From the NCBI GenBank assembly GCA_011364985.1, contig RDOC01000001.1:320001-384000 (forward strand): a DNA stretch of 64,000 bases. The letters run 5' to 3'. How positions within the stretch are numbered: the first letter of the stretch is position 1; each line of letters starts with the position of its first letter. This DNA comes from Candidatus Thorarchaeota archaeon. Its GTDB lineage: Archaea; Asgardarchaeota; Thorarchaeia; Thorarchaeales; Thorarchaeaceae. The position numbers were made by a program, and so were the translations under genes. The notes beneath the pieces are model-generated. The model was not told where the DNA came from, did not search any database, and worked only from the letters and a program-made list of their open reading frames with translations. Of this stretch, positions 38,784-47,560 are shown piece by piece.

Positions 38784-39764
38784 TCATCGTGGAGTAAGGA
38801 TGGGCCCCTGAGAATAGTCAAATATCATCTTCTCCTCAGAACCAAGACGTAGTTTCAGCTCTTTGGTGTCATTTACCTCTCCTATTTCAGACACGGTGAC
38901 GCCGTGAGCTTTGGCTATTTCATGCACCTGTCCTAGATGTGCTTTCGCGGTCGAAACAAGAAATCCCAGAGATATGAACATTCTAAGCCAGTCCCTCATT
39001 GGAACATCATCCGGTCTATCCTTATCGACGGCATCCAAGGATATTATACCACCCTTCTCGGAGTACTCAAGAAGCATACCAGCAGTACCAATGATGCCAG
39101 CTACCGACACGTCCTTTGCGGCACTCAACAACTGGTTTGCTGCTAGATCATTCATTACGGAAAGACGCTCCATGAGCGTTGTGGATTCTCGTCCAGTGAC
39201 GGAATCCCACCCTAAGTTGTAGCTTGATCCTCTTTGGCCCGTTTTGTCAAAGAGGAGCACAAGAAGATCGCCAGTCTGTGCGCCTCCTGCAGTCAGCATA
39301 TTAGTCCTCTGGACAGTCCCTGTGGCTGATCCAACGACAAAAGTTGATGTCGCTATGGGATTAGTATGGCCTCGTACTATTGGTACCTGAAATGCGTGTG
39401 AGCCATCGATGAGCCCTTGAAGTAGATGTTCTCCGATGTCTTTGTCTGAGTAAGAGAGAGCAACAGCAAATGATGTGGGAACTCCTCCAGCTGCATAGAT
39501 GTCCATTACATTTGCCAGAACTGCATTGAAACCAGCTGCTTGAGGATGTTCAAGGCAGAGCTCCTCGACAATGGCATCAGTCGTTAGGAGAATTACTTCG
39601 TTGCTCTCAGTCCCAATTGCTGCGGAGTCTTCGCCCAGTCCATGTGCATGATCTCCATGAAATGACTCAAGGCGAAGGCGCCTAATTATTGAAGGAAGTA
39701 CATATTTCCTACTTATGCCATCAAAATCAAGAAGTCTGGCCACGATATCCTCCAGGCGGCTCAA
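38784..39764 (-). CDS. AIR-synthase-related protein (PurM/ThiL superfamily), methanogenesis-marker-2/sll0787-like
   Basis: FDGISRK, GEDSAAI, AGFNAVLANVMDIYAAGG, VRGHTNP, WDS and AAKDVSVAGIIGT. Confidence 0.8.
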   Translation of the reverse strand: MSRLEDIVARLLDFDGISRKYVLPSIIRRLRLESFHGDHAHGLGEDSAAIGTESNEVILLTTDAIVEELCLEHPQAAGFNAVLANVMDIYAAGGVPTSFAVALSYSDKDIGEHLLQGLIDGSHAFQVPIVRGHTNPIATSTFVVGSATGTVQRTNMLTAGGAQTGDLLVLLFDKTGQRGSSYNLGWDSVTGRESTTLMERLSVMNDLAANQLLSAAKDVSVAGIIGTAGMLLEYSEKGGIISLDAVDKDRPDDVPMRDWLRMFISLGFLVSTAKAHLGQVHEIAKAHGVTVSEIGEVNDTKELKLRLGSEEKMIFDYSQGPILTPR

Positions 39765-40067
39765 GAGCAGTCACCAGGCATATTTATGGAATCTACGGAG
39801 GAGATAGAAAAGCTAAAACATAGGCGGTCTGGCCAAGGATTATTCCTATGCCTAGCAACGTTAAGCCAACCATCAAATAGATGAGAGCCCTCATTTCAGG
39901 ACAGATTTCTTCGAACAACTTTGCTCACCTAAGATAGTATGGCGTGACCTATGTGATGCTTATAGGCATTGTGCAATAAAGCACTCTCACAAAGCAATCA
40001 GCCAGATGACGATAAATGGTCGTTAGGATTCTAAGCCTAGTAAAAGATGTGTTTGCAGTCCCTAAAT

Positions 40068-40117
40068 CTGATGATCTTTGTGCGGATGATAAGCCTTCGA
40101 AGAGTCCACCATACTGA
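40068..40117 (+). ncRNA. Candidate box C/D sRNA
   Basis: cTGATGA - 11 nt - ATGA (D'-like) - 7 nt - tCGAAGA (C'-like) - 10 nt - CTGA, 50 nt long, in a 520-nt intergenic region. Confidence 0.3.
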
Positions 40118-40287
40118 GAACATGAACTAATTCCTTTGACTCCTGTCTGATAAATATCCAGCTTTGTTTGGATTCTGTGTTACAGCTGTCAATCCCAAGA
40201 ACATGCCCGACTGACGGACACCATAAAGAAGCCAATGTTATCATCACTGCTCAGCAGCTGAACATGATGGTAGATGCCTAAATGAGG

Positions 40288-42108
40288 TCATCCGGAATAT
40301 GACCACTTGGGAAGCCAAATCAAGAGTTCGATACCTTGGCTTTGATGGTTTGGTATCCTGTCACGTACGAGAATTCGCCCCCCATATTTGCGAATGATAC
40401 TTATCGCCTGATGGACTCCAACGCCTCCAAAGCGTCTCTCTGGGTCAAAGAGAGACTCCTTTTCAGACTCGGTCAGACCTGGACCATTATCGCTTATCGA
40501 TATTTCATACCCTCTCTCTATCTCGTTCACGGTGACCCAGATACACCTGACCTTCTTATTATTGTGCACAACAGCATTTTCCAAGATATTCATGAGCAGA
40601 TGTTCAAGGTATCTGTCTGCATAGACTAATGGTTTCTGCACTTGTATGCCCAGCTCGACCTTGACATCACCATAAGTCGCACATAATTCTATCAGACACT
40701 CGTTCAGAACTACATCCAGCGGTCTTATGAAGAAGGGTGCTGTTAGTAGACCACGGGTGGATTGCATTTTCCTGATAATCGACTGTGAGATGTCTACTGA
40801 CTCAAGGATGAGTTCAAACATTGGGTCAACATCAGCTCCGATGTCCATGTGCTTCATAATCTCTGTGGCCATGACAATTGCCTGTAGATGATTACGTAGG
40901 TCGTGGCCCATGAGATCCAAATACAGCTCGGCTGTGTCTGCCGCAGCCCTAAGATCATGTTCTGCCCTCTTTCTCTTTGTGATGTCTGTAATAGCAACAA
41001 TTACTCGGGAGAGATCTATTTTGCCATTGATGGCATATGACCTCCAATGTACAATGACTTGAATAGGATTACCTTTGAGCGTCTTTGTTGTGGTTTCGAA
41101 CTCGATTCCGTATGTCTTGCCTTCCCAGATAGCAAGAAGCTCCTGTTTGAAGTACTCAGGAGAAACTTCAATGAGAACCTCGTTCAGGCGGCTCAATAGA
41201 GCTTCTCTGGTGTCAACCTCATATATCTCCAGAGTTGCATCGTTTACATCAATAACTTCTACAAGGGAGATCACTTCAAGGATTGCCTCCGGATTGTCAT
41301 CAAAGTACTTTACTAGGTCAGACACACCACTGGCTCGGAGCTTATCTAGCCATTCACTTGCTGCTCTAAAATCCTCTATCCAGATCGAAACCGGGCTGTA
41401 TTTGAACAGGGCTTTGTATCTAGCTTCCGATTGTCGCATTGCCTCCTCTGTCCTCTTCTGGTCTGTGACATCGCGAATTGTTGCTAGATTGATCTTCTTA
41501 CCTTCAAGTTCTACTAGGTCCTCATTAAGCAGGGCATGGTACGTCGTTCCGTTCTTTCTTCTGAGCTCCACCTCGAAATCCCGAAGCCTTCCAGTTTCAT
41601 GTACCTTGGCCAGAACTCTATTACGATCTTCTTCATATACGTACAAGGCTGGAGCTTTCACACTCTCCAATTCATTCCGTGAGTAATCAGATATCTTTTC
41701 CATCCATTCATTTGCTGCGATGAAGTTACCATCAATGTCTGTAAGGACTATTGCTATTGGAGCTGTTTCAAACAGCATTCTATACCTACTCTCGCTATCT
41801 CTAAGTGCTTCCTCAGAGTCTTTGATCGCATGAAACAATGGTGCAATCGAATCCATACCAATCAACATAAGCACGGATATGCACAAGGCAATCAGCTCGG
41901 CCGCCAAGTCAGGTGGCAGCGTGAGGTCTCCTGAAATCAGTCGATACAGAGTGACAGCACGCCTAAAAGCCATCAAGAGAATAGCTGCTGCAATTAAAGT
42001 GAATGAACGTCGGTTTCCGGTTATCAGGGTCAATCTAAAGGCCAAGACTGCTGATGCAATTTGAAACATGACTGATGTTATGAGAACAAATCTAACAATC
42101 AAGTTCAC
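40288..42108 (-). CDS. Membrane-anchored PAS sensor histidine kinase
   Basis: About three N-terminal TM helices, two PAS domains, MGHDLRNHL H-box, NILENAVVHN, DNGPG and GGVG. Confidence 0.9.
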   Translation of the reverse strand: MNLIVRFVLITSVMFQIASAVLAFRLTLITGNRRSFTLIAAAILLMAFRRAVTLYRLISGDLTLPPDLAAELIALCISVLMLIGMDSIAPLFHAIKDSEEALRDSESRYRMLFETAPIAIVLTDIDGNFIAANEWMEKISDYSRNELESVKAPALYVYEEDRNRVLAKVHETGRLRDFEVELRRKNGTTYHALLNEDLVELEGKKINLATIRDVTDQKRTEEAMRQSEARYKALFKYSPVSIWIEDFRAASEWLDKLRASGVSDLVKYFDDNPEAILEVISLVEVIDVNDATLEIYEVDTREALLSRLNEVLIEVSPEYFKQELLAIWEGKTYGIEFETTTKTLKGNPIQVIVHWRSYAINGKIDLSRVIVAITDITKRKRAEHDLRAAADTAELYLDLMGHDLRNHLQAIVMATEIMKHMDIGADVDPMFELILESVDISQSIIRKMQSTRGLLTAPFFIRPLDVVLNECLIELCATYGDVKVELGIQVQKPLVYADRYLEHLLMNILENAVVHNNKKVRCIWVTVNEIERGYEISISDNGPGLTESEKESLFDPERRFGGVGVHQAISIIRKYGGRILVRDRIPNHQSQGIELLIWLPKWSYSG

Positions 42109-42524
42109 AGCCCCCCGTTCCTAGTGTAATGTCTCTGTAACACAAGATGATCAAACCATGAATCGGTAAGTGTACCTCGTGTCACGACTGACTTCTCGGT
42201 GCTGATGATTGTACCAAGGAGAGAATGTTCTCGTTTTGTGTTTGCTTTTGTGATATCCACTTTCTCAGGATTCAACTCCTGCAAGTTGGATGATGTACCA
42301 TAGATGGCAGTTCTCCTTCCATTATCCTTGTCAAGTACAGACCACACCAGCCTGTGTCCAATTTCTCTTACATCAATTTCGTATATCTCTGCCAAAAGCT
42401 CGAAATCATCTATTGTGCTTATTAGTGCCCTATTATAGACGCTAAGTGACTTGAGTGTCCGAGTTTCTCTTAGAGGAAATATATTCGATTCATTGCAAAC
42501 TCTCATGTGTGAGGAATTCATCAC
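42105..42524 (-). CDS. Hypothetical ORF (dubious)
   Basis: 139-aa ORF overlapping the kinase start by 4 nt; no recognisable motif. Confidence 0.3.
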   Translation of the reverse strand: MMNSSHMRVCNESNIFPLRETRTLKSLSVYNRALISTIDDFELLAEIYEIDVREIGHRLVWSVLDKDNGRRTAIYGTSSNLQELNPEKVDITKANTKREHSLLGTIISTEKSVVTRGTLTDSWFDHLVLQRHYTRNGGL

Positions 42525-42950
42525 ATCGCCCCGACTTCGAACGGCTGTTTGGTAGACATGGAAATCGATAGACCACAGTCAATAGACACTCCTTGTGGTA
42601 GATTTCGAGTCCTTCAAGGCTGGCGGAGGCCTTCTAAGGTGCAGTCATTCGCATGACTCCTGTCTATGCTATCTTTCGTTATGAGAGCCTAACATCCCTA
42701 TCATTTTATGCCGCTAGATGGATTATATGATTTGTTGGTAGATTCCCCCCATTCTTGATGCAGTCATAGCTTCAATATAGGAAGAAGTCCATAGATGCAT
42801 TGAGGTTGCTTCTTGAGTGACGAATCCCCTTCCAATCAGATGAGCCTTTCACAGTAATCTACTGCAATCGACAGATCAGTCAGCAACAACTCCTCACCAA
42901 GAGACGATTCTAGTCTCTTTCTTGGTTGTGGGCTTGTGCCAGTCAAGTAC

Positions 42951-43261
42951 TCAACCTTCAAGTTCTCTTACGAATTTCTTGAAAACACCTTTGTCCATAT
43001 CGAACTCATCATCACCGAATTCTCTGGCAACTTAGATTTGGAGGCTAGTCTTGTTGACATGCTCTTACATTTGCTGTTTTCATCGATTTTCCTTGCAGTA
43101 CAGAGCCCAAACTTGCACCAAGGTCCATCGCATGCATCGTCAATCCAACTACACCAAACTAATTTCCTATTTCCTTTGCGCTTGACTAGATATGCAGAAT
43201 GATTCTGGTAACATCTGAACTTGTCACAAGAAGAGATGCACTCTCGGATGGCCGTGGACAT
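42951..43261 (-). CDS. Small Cys-rich archaeal protein with probable frameshift near the C-terminus
   Basis: CISSCDKFRC...WCSWIDDACDGPWCKFGLC...C; a more natural-looking tail EFGDDEFDMDKGVFKKFVRELEG* lies in the adjacent frame. Confidence 0.65.
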
Positions 43262-43294
43262 TTCCAATCACTCCATTCTCATTGTATAGACCAA

Positions 43295-44083
43295 CTATCG
43301 TTCTTTTGCTAGTTGTATAGTTTCATCCAGTATCCTTTCACTGATGTTAAGAATTCTTATTGCACGATTATTCTGTGCCACTGCCCTCTCGTAGGCAGAG
43401 GTGGAAATGTCGCCAATCTTGTGCTCTATATCAAGCCGACTTCGCTTCTTCAGAAGGACTCTTCGTAATCTGTCTATTGCCTTCATCCATCGACCAGCGT
43501 CCTTAATTGCGCCCTTCAGCTCTTTCTCAAGTGCTTTGATCTCGACGTGCATCTCTGAACGCTGTTCTTTAACGACAGAGGGGTCCGGTGTGCTCTGCGC
43601 ATTCTCAAGTTTCTTCAGTTTGGACTTGAGATTGCCAAGGTTACGGACAATGACCTCCAAGGAAAGTTTAGCATCAAAGCTCGTTAGTTCCTCTCGTCTC
43701 TTCTTAGTGTCATCAAATGCTCTTCTAAGCTTGCTTGCACGAGAAGTAAGAAGCGATTTGTCAGCTTCCTTGAGTTGTAGAGCCTGACGTGTTGCACCGA
43801 TTTGCTCAATGAGTTGGTCCAACTCCTCACCAATGATCTCCAGTTCAGCACGTGAAAGAAGACAGGCAGATGCCAATGAGTCCATGCCGTCAATTGTGAG
43901 TGTGAAGCGAGGAATATGTCCCATCATTGCACTGTGGTCAGACTGAGGTCTTGGAACATTAGACTTCGATTCCATGGTGGGATCTGCTTGTGCTTGTGAC
44001 AGAGAAAATCCGCAGAAATTGCAGAATTGTCCCATAGGTACTTCATTGCCACAAGATGGACATACAATCAATCGGTCAGGCAT
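43295..44083 (-). CDS. Zn-ribbon plus long coiled-coil protein
   Basis: CPSCG...FCNFCG double CxxC and heptad-rich C-terminal two-thirds; GAGGTG SD before MPDRL. Confidence 0.75.
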   Translation of the reverse strand: MPDRLIVCPSCGNEVPMGQFCNFCGFSLSQAQADPTMESKSNVPRPQSDHSAMMGHIPRFTLTIDGMDSLASACLLSRAELEIIGEELDQLIEQIGATRQALQLKEADKSLLTSRASKLRRAFDDTKKRREELTSFDAKLSLEVIVRNLGNLKSKLKKLENAQSTPDPSVVKEQRSEMHVEIKALEKELKGAIKDAGRWMKAIDRLRRVLLKKRSRLDIEHKIGDISTSAYERAVAQNNRAIRILNISERILDETIQLAKER

Positions 44084-44157
44084 GAGACACCTCAACCTTA
44101 GATAACAATTCGATGTAAACCTGTACAGATATTACTCATGCAAGGCTTCCACGAAGC

Positions 44158-44475
44158 TTAGGTAAGAGAACCTAAACGCGCTGCTGCAGTATCAAGTTTC
44201 CCCTTTGTATTTACTATTGTGTCTGCGCCATAGGTAGGAAGCACCTTCAGTTCTTCAATTAGGAGCGCCGTCGCTCGTGGAGCATCTATCTCCTTTTTAT
44301 CGAGAGACCCATCAGGAAAAGTTAAGGACGCTTCCACCCATTTCTGTTTGGTATCATCGGCTGGAAACAGGCAGTAAATATAGTCATCATTGCTGCAGAT
44401 GAAGGAGGGAGTATTCTCCCAAGCCTGGGCCAACAATGCACCGAAGGTCTTTGCATTTTCTGCTTTGTCTGTCAT
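44158..44475 (-). CDS. Hypothetical protein
   Basis: 105-aa ORF with GGGTGG SD and protein-like composition. Confidence 0.7.
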   Translation of the reverse strand: MTDKAENAKTFGALLAQAWENTPSFICSNDDYIYCLFPADDTKQKWVEASLTFPDGSLDKKEIDAPRATALLIEELKVLPTYGADTIVNTKGKLDTAAARLGSLT

Positions 44476-44553
44476 TAAGAAACCACCCTCGTGGGCTCGA
44501 TGAAACTGTGAAATCGAGAGCGCAGGTCCTTATTTGTATTTCTCATGTAAGAC

Positions 44554-45120
44554 CTATGGTCGATGCCAGACAAAGCTATAGTAGGCTATTTGCCCATTAT
44601 CCTTCACTGTTGCAATGATGAACTTCTTACGTACGCTGGTCGCCAACCGGCCTGCGCGAACAATATCAAGTGGGGCAACCCCCTTCTTTTGGGCTATGAC
44701 ATGAACTAGAAAGGGGGCATGATCCAGCCCAGGACCACGTTCATAGACTGCAAAATCGGTTCCGAATTTTAGCCCTGGTCGTACAACATATCCAAGATCT
44801 CTCAATTCGGAGTAGACATAGAATTGATCTTGGAAGGATCTGGATACACCCATACCCAGTTTGACAATATCTTTCACTGAAAGAGCGGCATTTCTAGAGG
44901 AGTCATTCACTCTGATTCTTTTCTTCTCCGTGAGATACGCACATTCAAGCAAGGACAATTCAAGGGGCTTATCGAAATCGGCAGACTTCGGTTTTCTTAT
45001 TCCGACAGGCTGGCCGAAATAGCCATTTGCATAGAGACACATAGCACCTTCGTTATTCCATACAACAGCTCTATCGCCTACAAACTCAGCAGTTATGGGA
45101 TTCTCTAACAATGATTCCAC
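44554..45120 (-). CDS. endA: tRNA-intron endonuclease, catalytic subunit
   Basis: LSLLECAYL, VYSELRDLGYVVRPGLKFGTDFAVYERGPGLDHA and RLATSVRKK (Y/H/K triad). Confidence 0.95.
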   Translation of the reverse strand: MESLLENPITAEFVGDRAVVWNNEGAMCLYANGYFGQPVGIRKPKSADFDKPLELSLLECAYLTEKKRIRVNDSSRNAALSVKDIVKLGMGVSRSFQDQFYVYSELRDLGYVVRPGLKFGTDFAVYERGPGLDHAPFLVHVIAQKKGVAPLDIVRAGRLATSVRKKFIIATVKDNGQIAYYSFVWHRP

Positions 45121-45126
45121 CGATAG

Positions 45127-45789
45127 TCAAGTGTTCAACGTTAGTGACAGAGCCCTAATTACATTTGCGGCGTCCTCGCTGAAGTTGGAGAGTTCTTCCA
45201 TCATATTGATGAAATCGCGGAATCGAAGAAGTGTTGAAAACTTGATATCAAGGGCATAAAGTATCGAAACAATGTCTCTCTGAATAGTATCGATTTGCTT
45301 CTCCAACCTACAAATCGCGTCTGCCTTTTTCATGGATTCCTCAATATTCAAACTGAGGAATCTGACTGCCTCTCTCTGTTCTGTGATTTGATCGCTGAAG
45401 AGCTCAAAGAATCTATTGAGTTTCTCCTTTATCTCGCCATCAGGAGTCCAAGAAGGAGTTACTGCAGCGAGGTGGTAGAGGGCTATTTCAGCACCATCAA
45501 GTAGCTTGTCGTTGTAGTTTACAAGTCTAAGAAGATCTTCCCTCTGCATCAAGGAATTGGCCTTTGATAGTTCATTCAGAATGGCTTGCTTGAGTTCATC
45601 GGCCTTCTCTTCAAGCTGAGTAATCTTCTCCAAGCTCTCCGGGGCGACATTCTTGCCATCCTGAAGCCAGTCGATTATTGCACTTCGTACCATTTTGTTA
45701 GCCGAGAGGGCTGAACGCATATGATCTTCAATCATTTTTGTAATATTGCCAAGTTCAGAACTCATGTATCTATCATTATCGAGAACCAT
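45127..45789 (-). CDS. DUF47/PhoU-like phosphate transport regulator
   Basis: ITQLEEKADELK, REDLLRL, ICRLEKQID and NFSEDAA helical repeats; start uncertain. Confidence 0.8.
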   Translation of the reverse strand: MVLDNDRYMSSELGNITKMIEDHMRSALSANKMVRSAIIDWLQDGKNVAPESLEKITQLEEKADELKQAILNELSKANSLMQREDLLRLVNYNDKLLDGAEIALYHLAAVTPSWTPDGEIKEKLNRFFELFSDQITEQREAVRFLSLNIEESMKKADAICRLEKQIDTIQRDIVSILYALDIKFSTLLRFRDFINMMEELSNFSEDAANVIRALSLTLNT

Positions 45790-45879
45790 TCCTGCGCACT
45801 CCATCATTGGAATAGGTGTTTCGCCTCGTGTTAGCCTTTTTATGTCTTCGGTACTCAACCGAGTTGAGCGAAATCCACC

Positions 45880-46674
45880 ATGGAACCTTGGCATATCATC
45901 GTCGCACTGATTCAGGGACTTATCGAATGGCTTCCAATTAGTAGCGAGGGCCATGTTGTCCTCTTTGTCTACAATGTTGGTGCCCTGCCTCAACAGGAGA
46001 TAGTCACTCTAGTGGTATGGCTTCATCTTGGAACAGCGCTGGCTGTTGTCGCAAGGTATCCAAGAACAGCTTATGAATTGATTACTCTTCGAGACTGGCA
46101 ACTGCTCAGGTGGTTGATTATTGCGACTATGGCCACTGCAATCACGGCGATTCCATTCTACATCTATCTCAAGGCAACGCTGACAGCAGCTCAAGGTGAA
46201 TTTCTGAATGCTGTTGTTGGAGTACTACTTCTATTGACGGCAATCGTGCTGTACTTGCCAACAAGAAAGGATGCAAATCCTTCAGGACTTACTACTGAAA
46301 ATCCCGATAATCGTATTTCGTTGATTACTGGGCTGATTCAGGGGGTGTCCGTACTACCAGGTCTAAGTAGATCGGGAGTCACTGTGTCGGCGCTACTGAT
46401 GCAGAAGGTTGACAAGGAAAAGGCGCTTCAATTCAGCTTTCTCATGAGCGTTCCGGCTGTCCTTGGCATATTCGCAGTAGAGATACTATGGGGAGGTGCC
46501 GCACTGCCTTCAGTAGGAGCAATAGACCTGATTCTGATGGAAGTTGTTGTTTTCATAGCAGGACTTGGGTCCATGGAGTTCCTTCTAAGGCTAGCACGAA
46601 GAGTTGCGTTCTGGAAGCTCTGTTTGACCCTTGGTCTGATTGCAATTGCCTTTGGCCTACCTGCATTGCTTTAG
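45880..46674 (+). CDS. uppP: Undecaprenyl/dolichyl-diphosphate phosphatase (BacA/UppP)
   Basis: QGLIEWLPISSEGH, HLGT, PGLSRSGVT and FSFLMSVP. Confidence 0.93.
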   Translation: MEPWHIIVALIQGLIEWLPISSEGHVVLFVYNVGALPQQEIVTLVVWLHLGTALAVVARYPRTAYELITLRDWQLLRWLIIATMATAITAIPFYIYLKATLTAAQGEFLNAVVGVLLLLTAIVLYLPTRKDANPSGLTTENPDNRISLITGLIQGVSVLPGLSRSGVTVSALLMQKVDKEKALQFSFLMSVPAVLGIFAVEILWGGAALPSVGAIDLILMEVVVFIAGLGSMEFLLRLARRVAFWKLCLTLGLIAIAFGLPALL

Positions 46675-47397
46675 CTATTCTAATCGTTTCTGGAACATCA
46701 TCGCAATTGGAGCATTGGCCTGTCTCCATTCAGCAAGCTTTCCTTCGTAGTTCAGTGGAACTGGATGACGCCCATGATTTCCAATTACTATGAAGATAGT
46801 GCCAGCATGTGCCTGCTTAAGGAGGACCTTGACCCAGTTGTCAGTTCTTCTTACTATCTTTTCAAGGAGAGTCTTTGGTGGAGTCCTATGACCGTACTGA
46901 GCATACAGACTCTCAAAGTCAAGAAAGTGCATGTAGAGGAATTCTGCGCGAGCGACATGTTTAGTTGCCTCGACGTAGGTTTGCATATCGTCACGTCTGT
47001 TGACAGTGTAGGCGGGATCAAAACCGAAAGTCAGCATATCGTCCTCCCTGCATATGACCTGAACGGCCTTTCCAAAACCTCGTGTATACTCAACGAGATG
47101 AAATGATTGAGATGGTCCACGCAATATCTTGGAAACAAGAGGTATTGCATAGGGGTCGTCAGTTTCAATCAGCGCAAGAGCTTCCATGTTTTTGATCAAT
47201 GCCTCTGGCTTGTAAACGACAGCCTCGAATAGACCGAAGTTGTCAATCACGATAACAATCAATCTACCGGACTTGAACTTGGCTAGAATCTCGGCGTTCG
47301 CAGGCGGCATTTCTTCTGGAATTTCCATTCCCATTAGATTCAGAATTGTTGAGGGAAATTCGGCGGCTGAAGTTCTAACCTGCGGAAACGACACCAA
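46675..47397 (-). CDS. Minimal alkaline-phosphatase-superfamily fold protein, degenerate
   Basis: LIVIVIDNFG, FLYMHFLD and IVIGNHG (cf. TADHG). Confidence 0.6.
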   Translation of the reverse strand: MVSFPQVRTSAAEFPSTILNLMGMEIPEEMPPANAEILAKFKSGRLIVIVIDNFGLFEAVVYKPEALIKNMEALALIETDDPYAIPLVSKILRGPSQSFHLVEYTRGFGKAVQVICREDDMLTFGFDPAYTVNRRDDMQTYVEATKHVARAEFLYMHFLDFESLYAQYGHRTPPKTLLEKIVRRTDNWVKVLLKQAHAGTIFIVIGNHGRHPVPLNYEGKLAEWRQANAPIAMMFQKRLE

Positions 47398-47560
47398 GAG
47401 ACCTCACAGAGCAACTATGAATCCTTTCATTTATTGGATTTCTGTATCTACATAAAAGCCGGAGATTTTTGTGCTTATACTTATCCCTGATGCCCTCAAC
47501 TAATGGTATCTGATGGAAGCATTAATAGACATAGAAACGCAGTGCGCTTGTGGACGTGCC

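Noticed and set aside
38784-39764. Selenophosphate synthetase (SelD), suggested by proximity to selB
   Set aside because: It lacks the N-terminal G-(C/U)-x-x-K catalytic motif, and its motifs fit the marker-2/sll0787 branch better.
40137-42665. 12-bp direct repeat TGACTCCTGTCT (40137-40148 and 42654-42665) flanking the second kinase, as a possible insertion scar
   Set aside because: No integrase, transposase or terminal inverted repeats are present, and many 12-mer matches are expected by chance in 64 kb.
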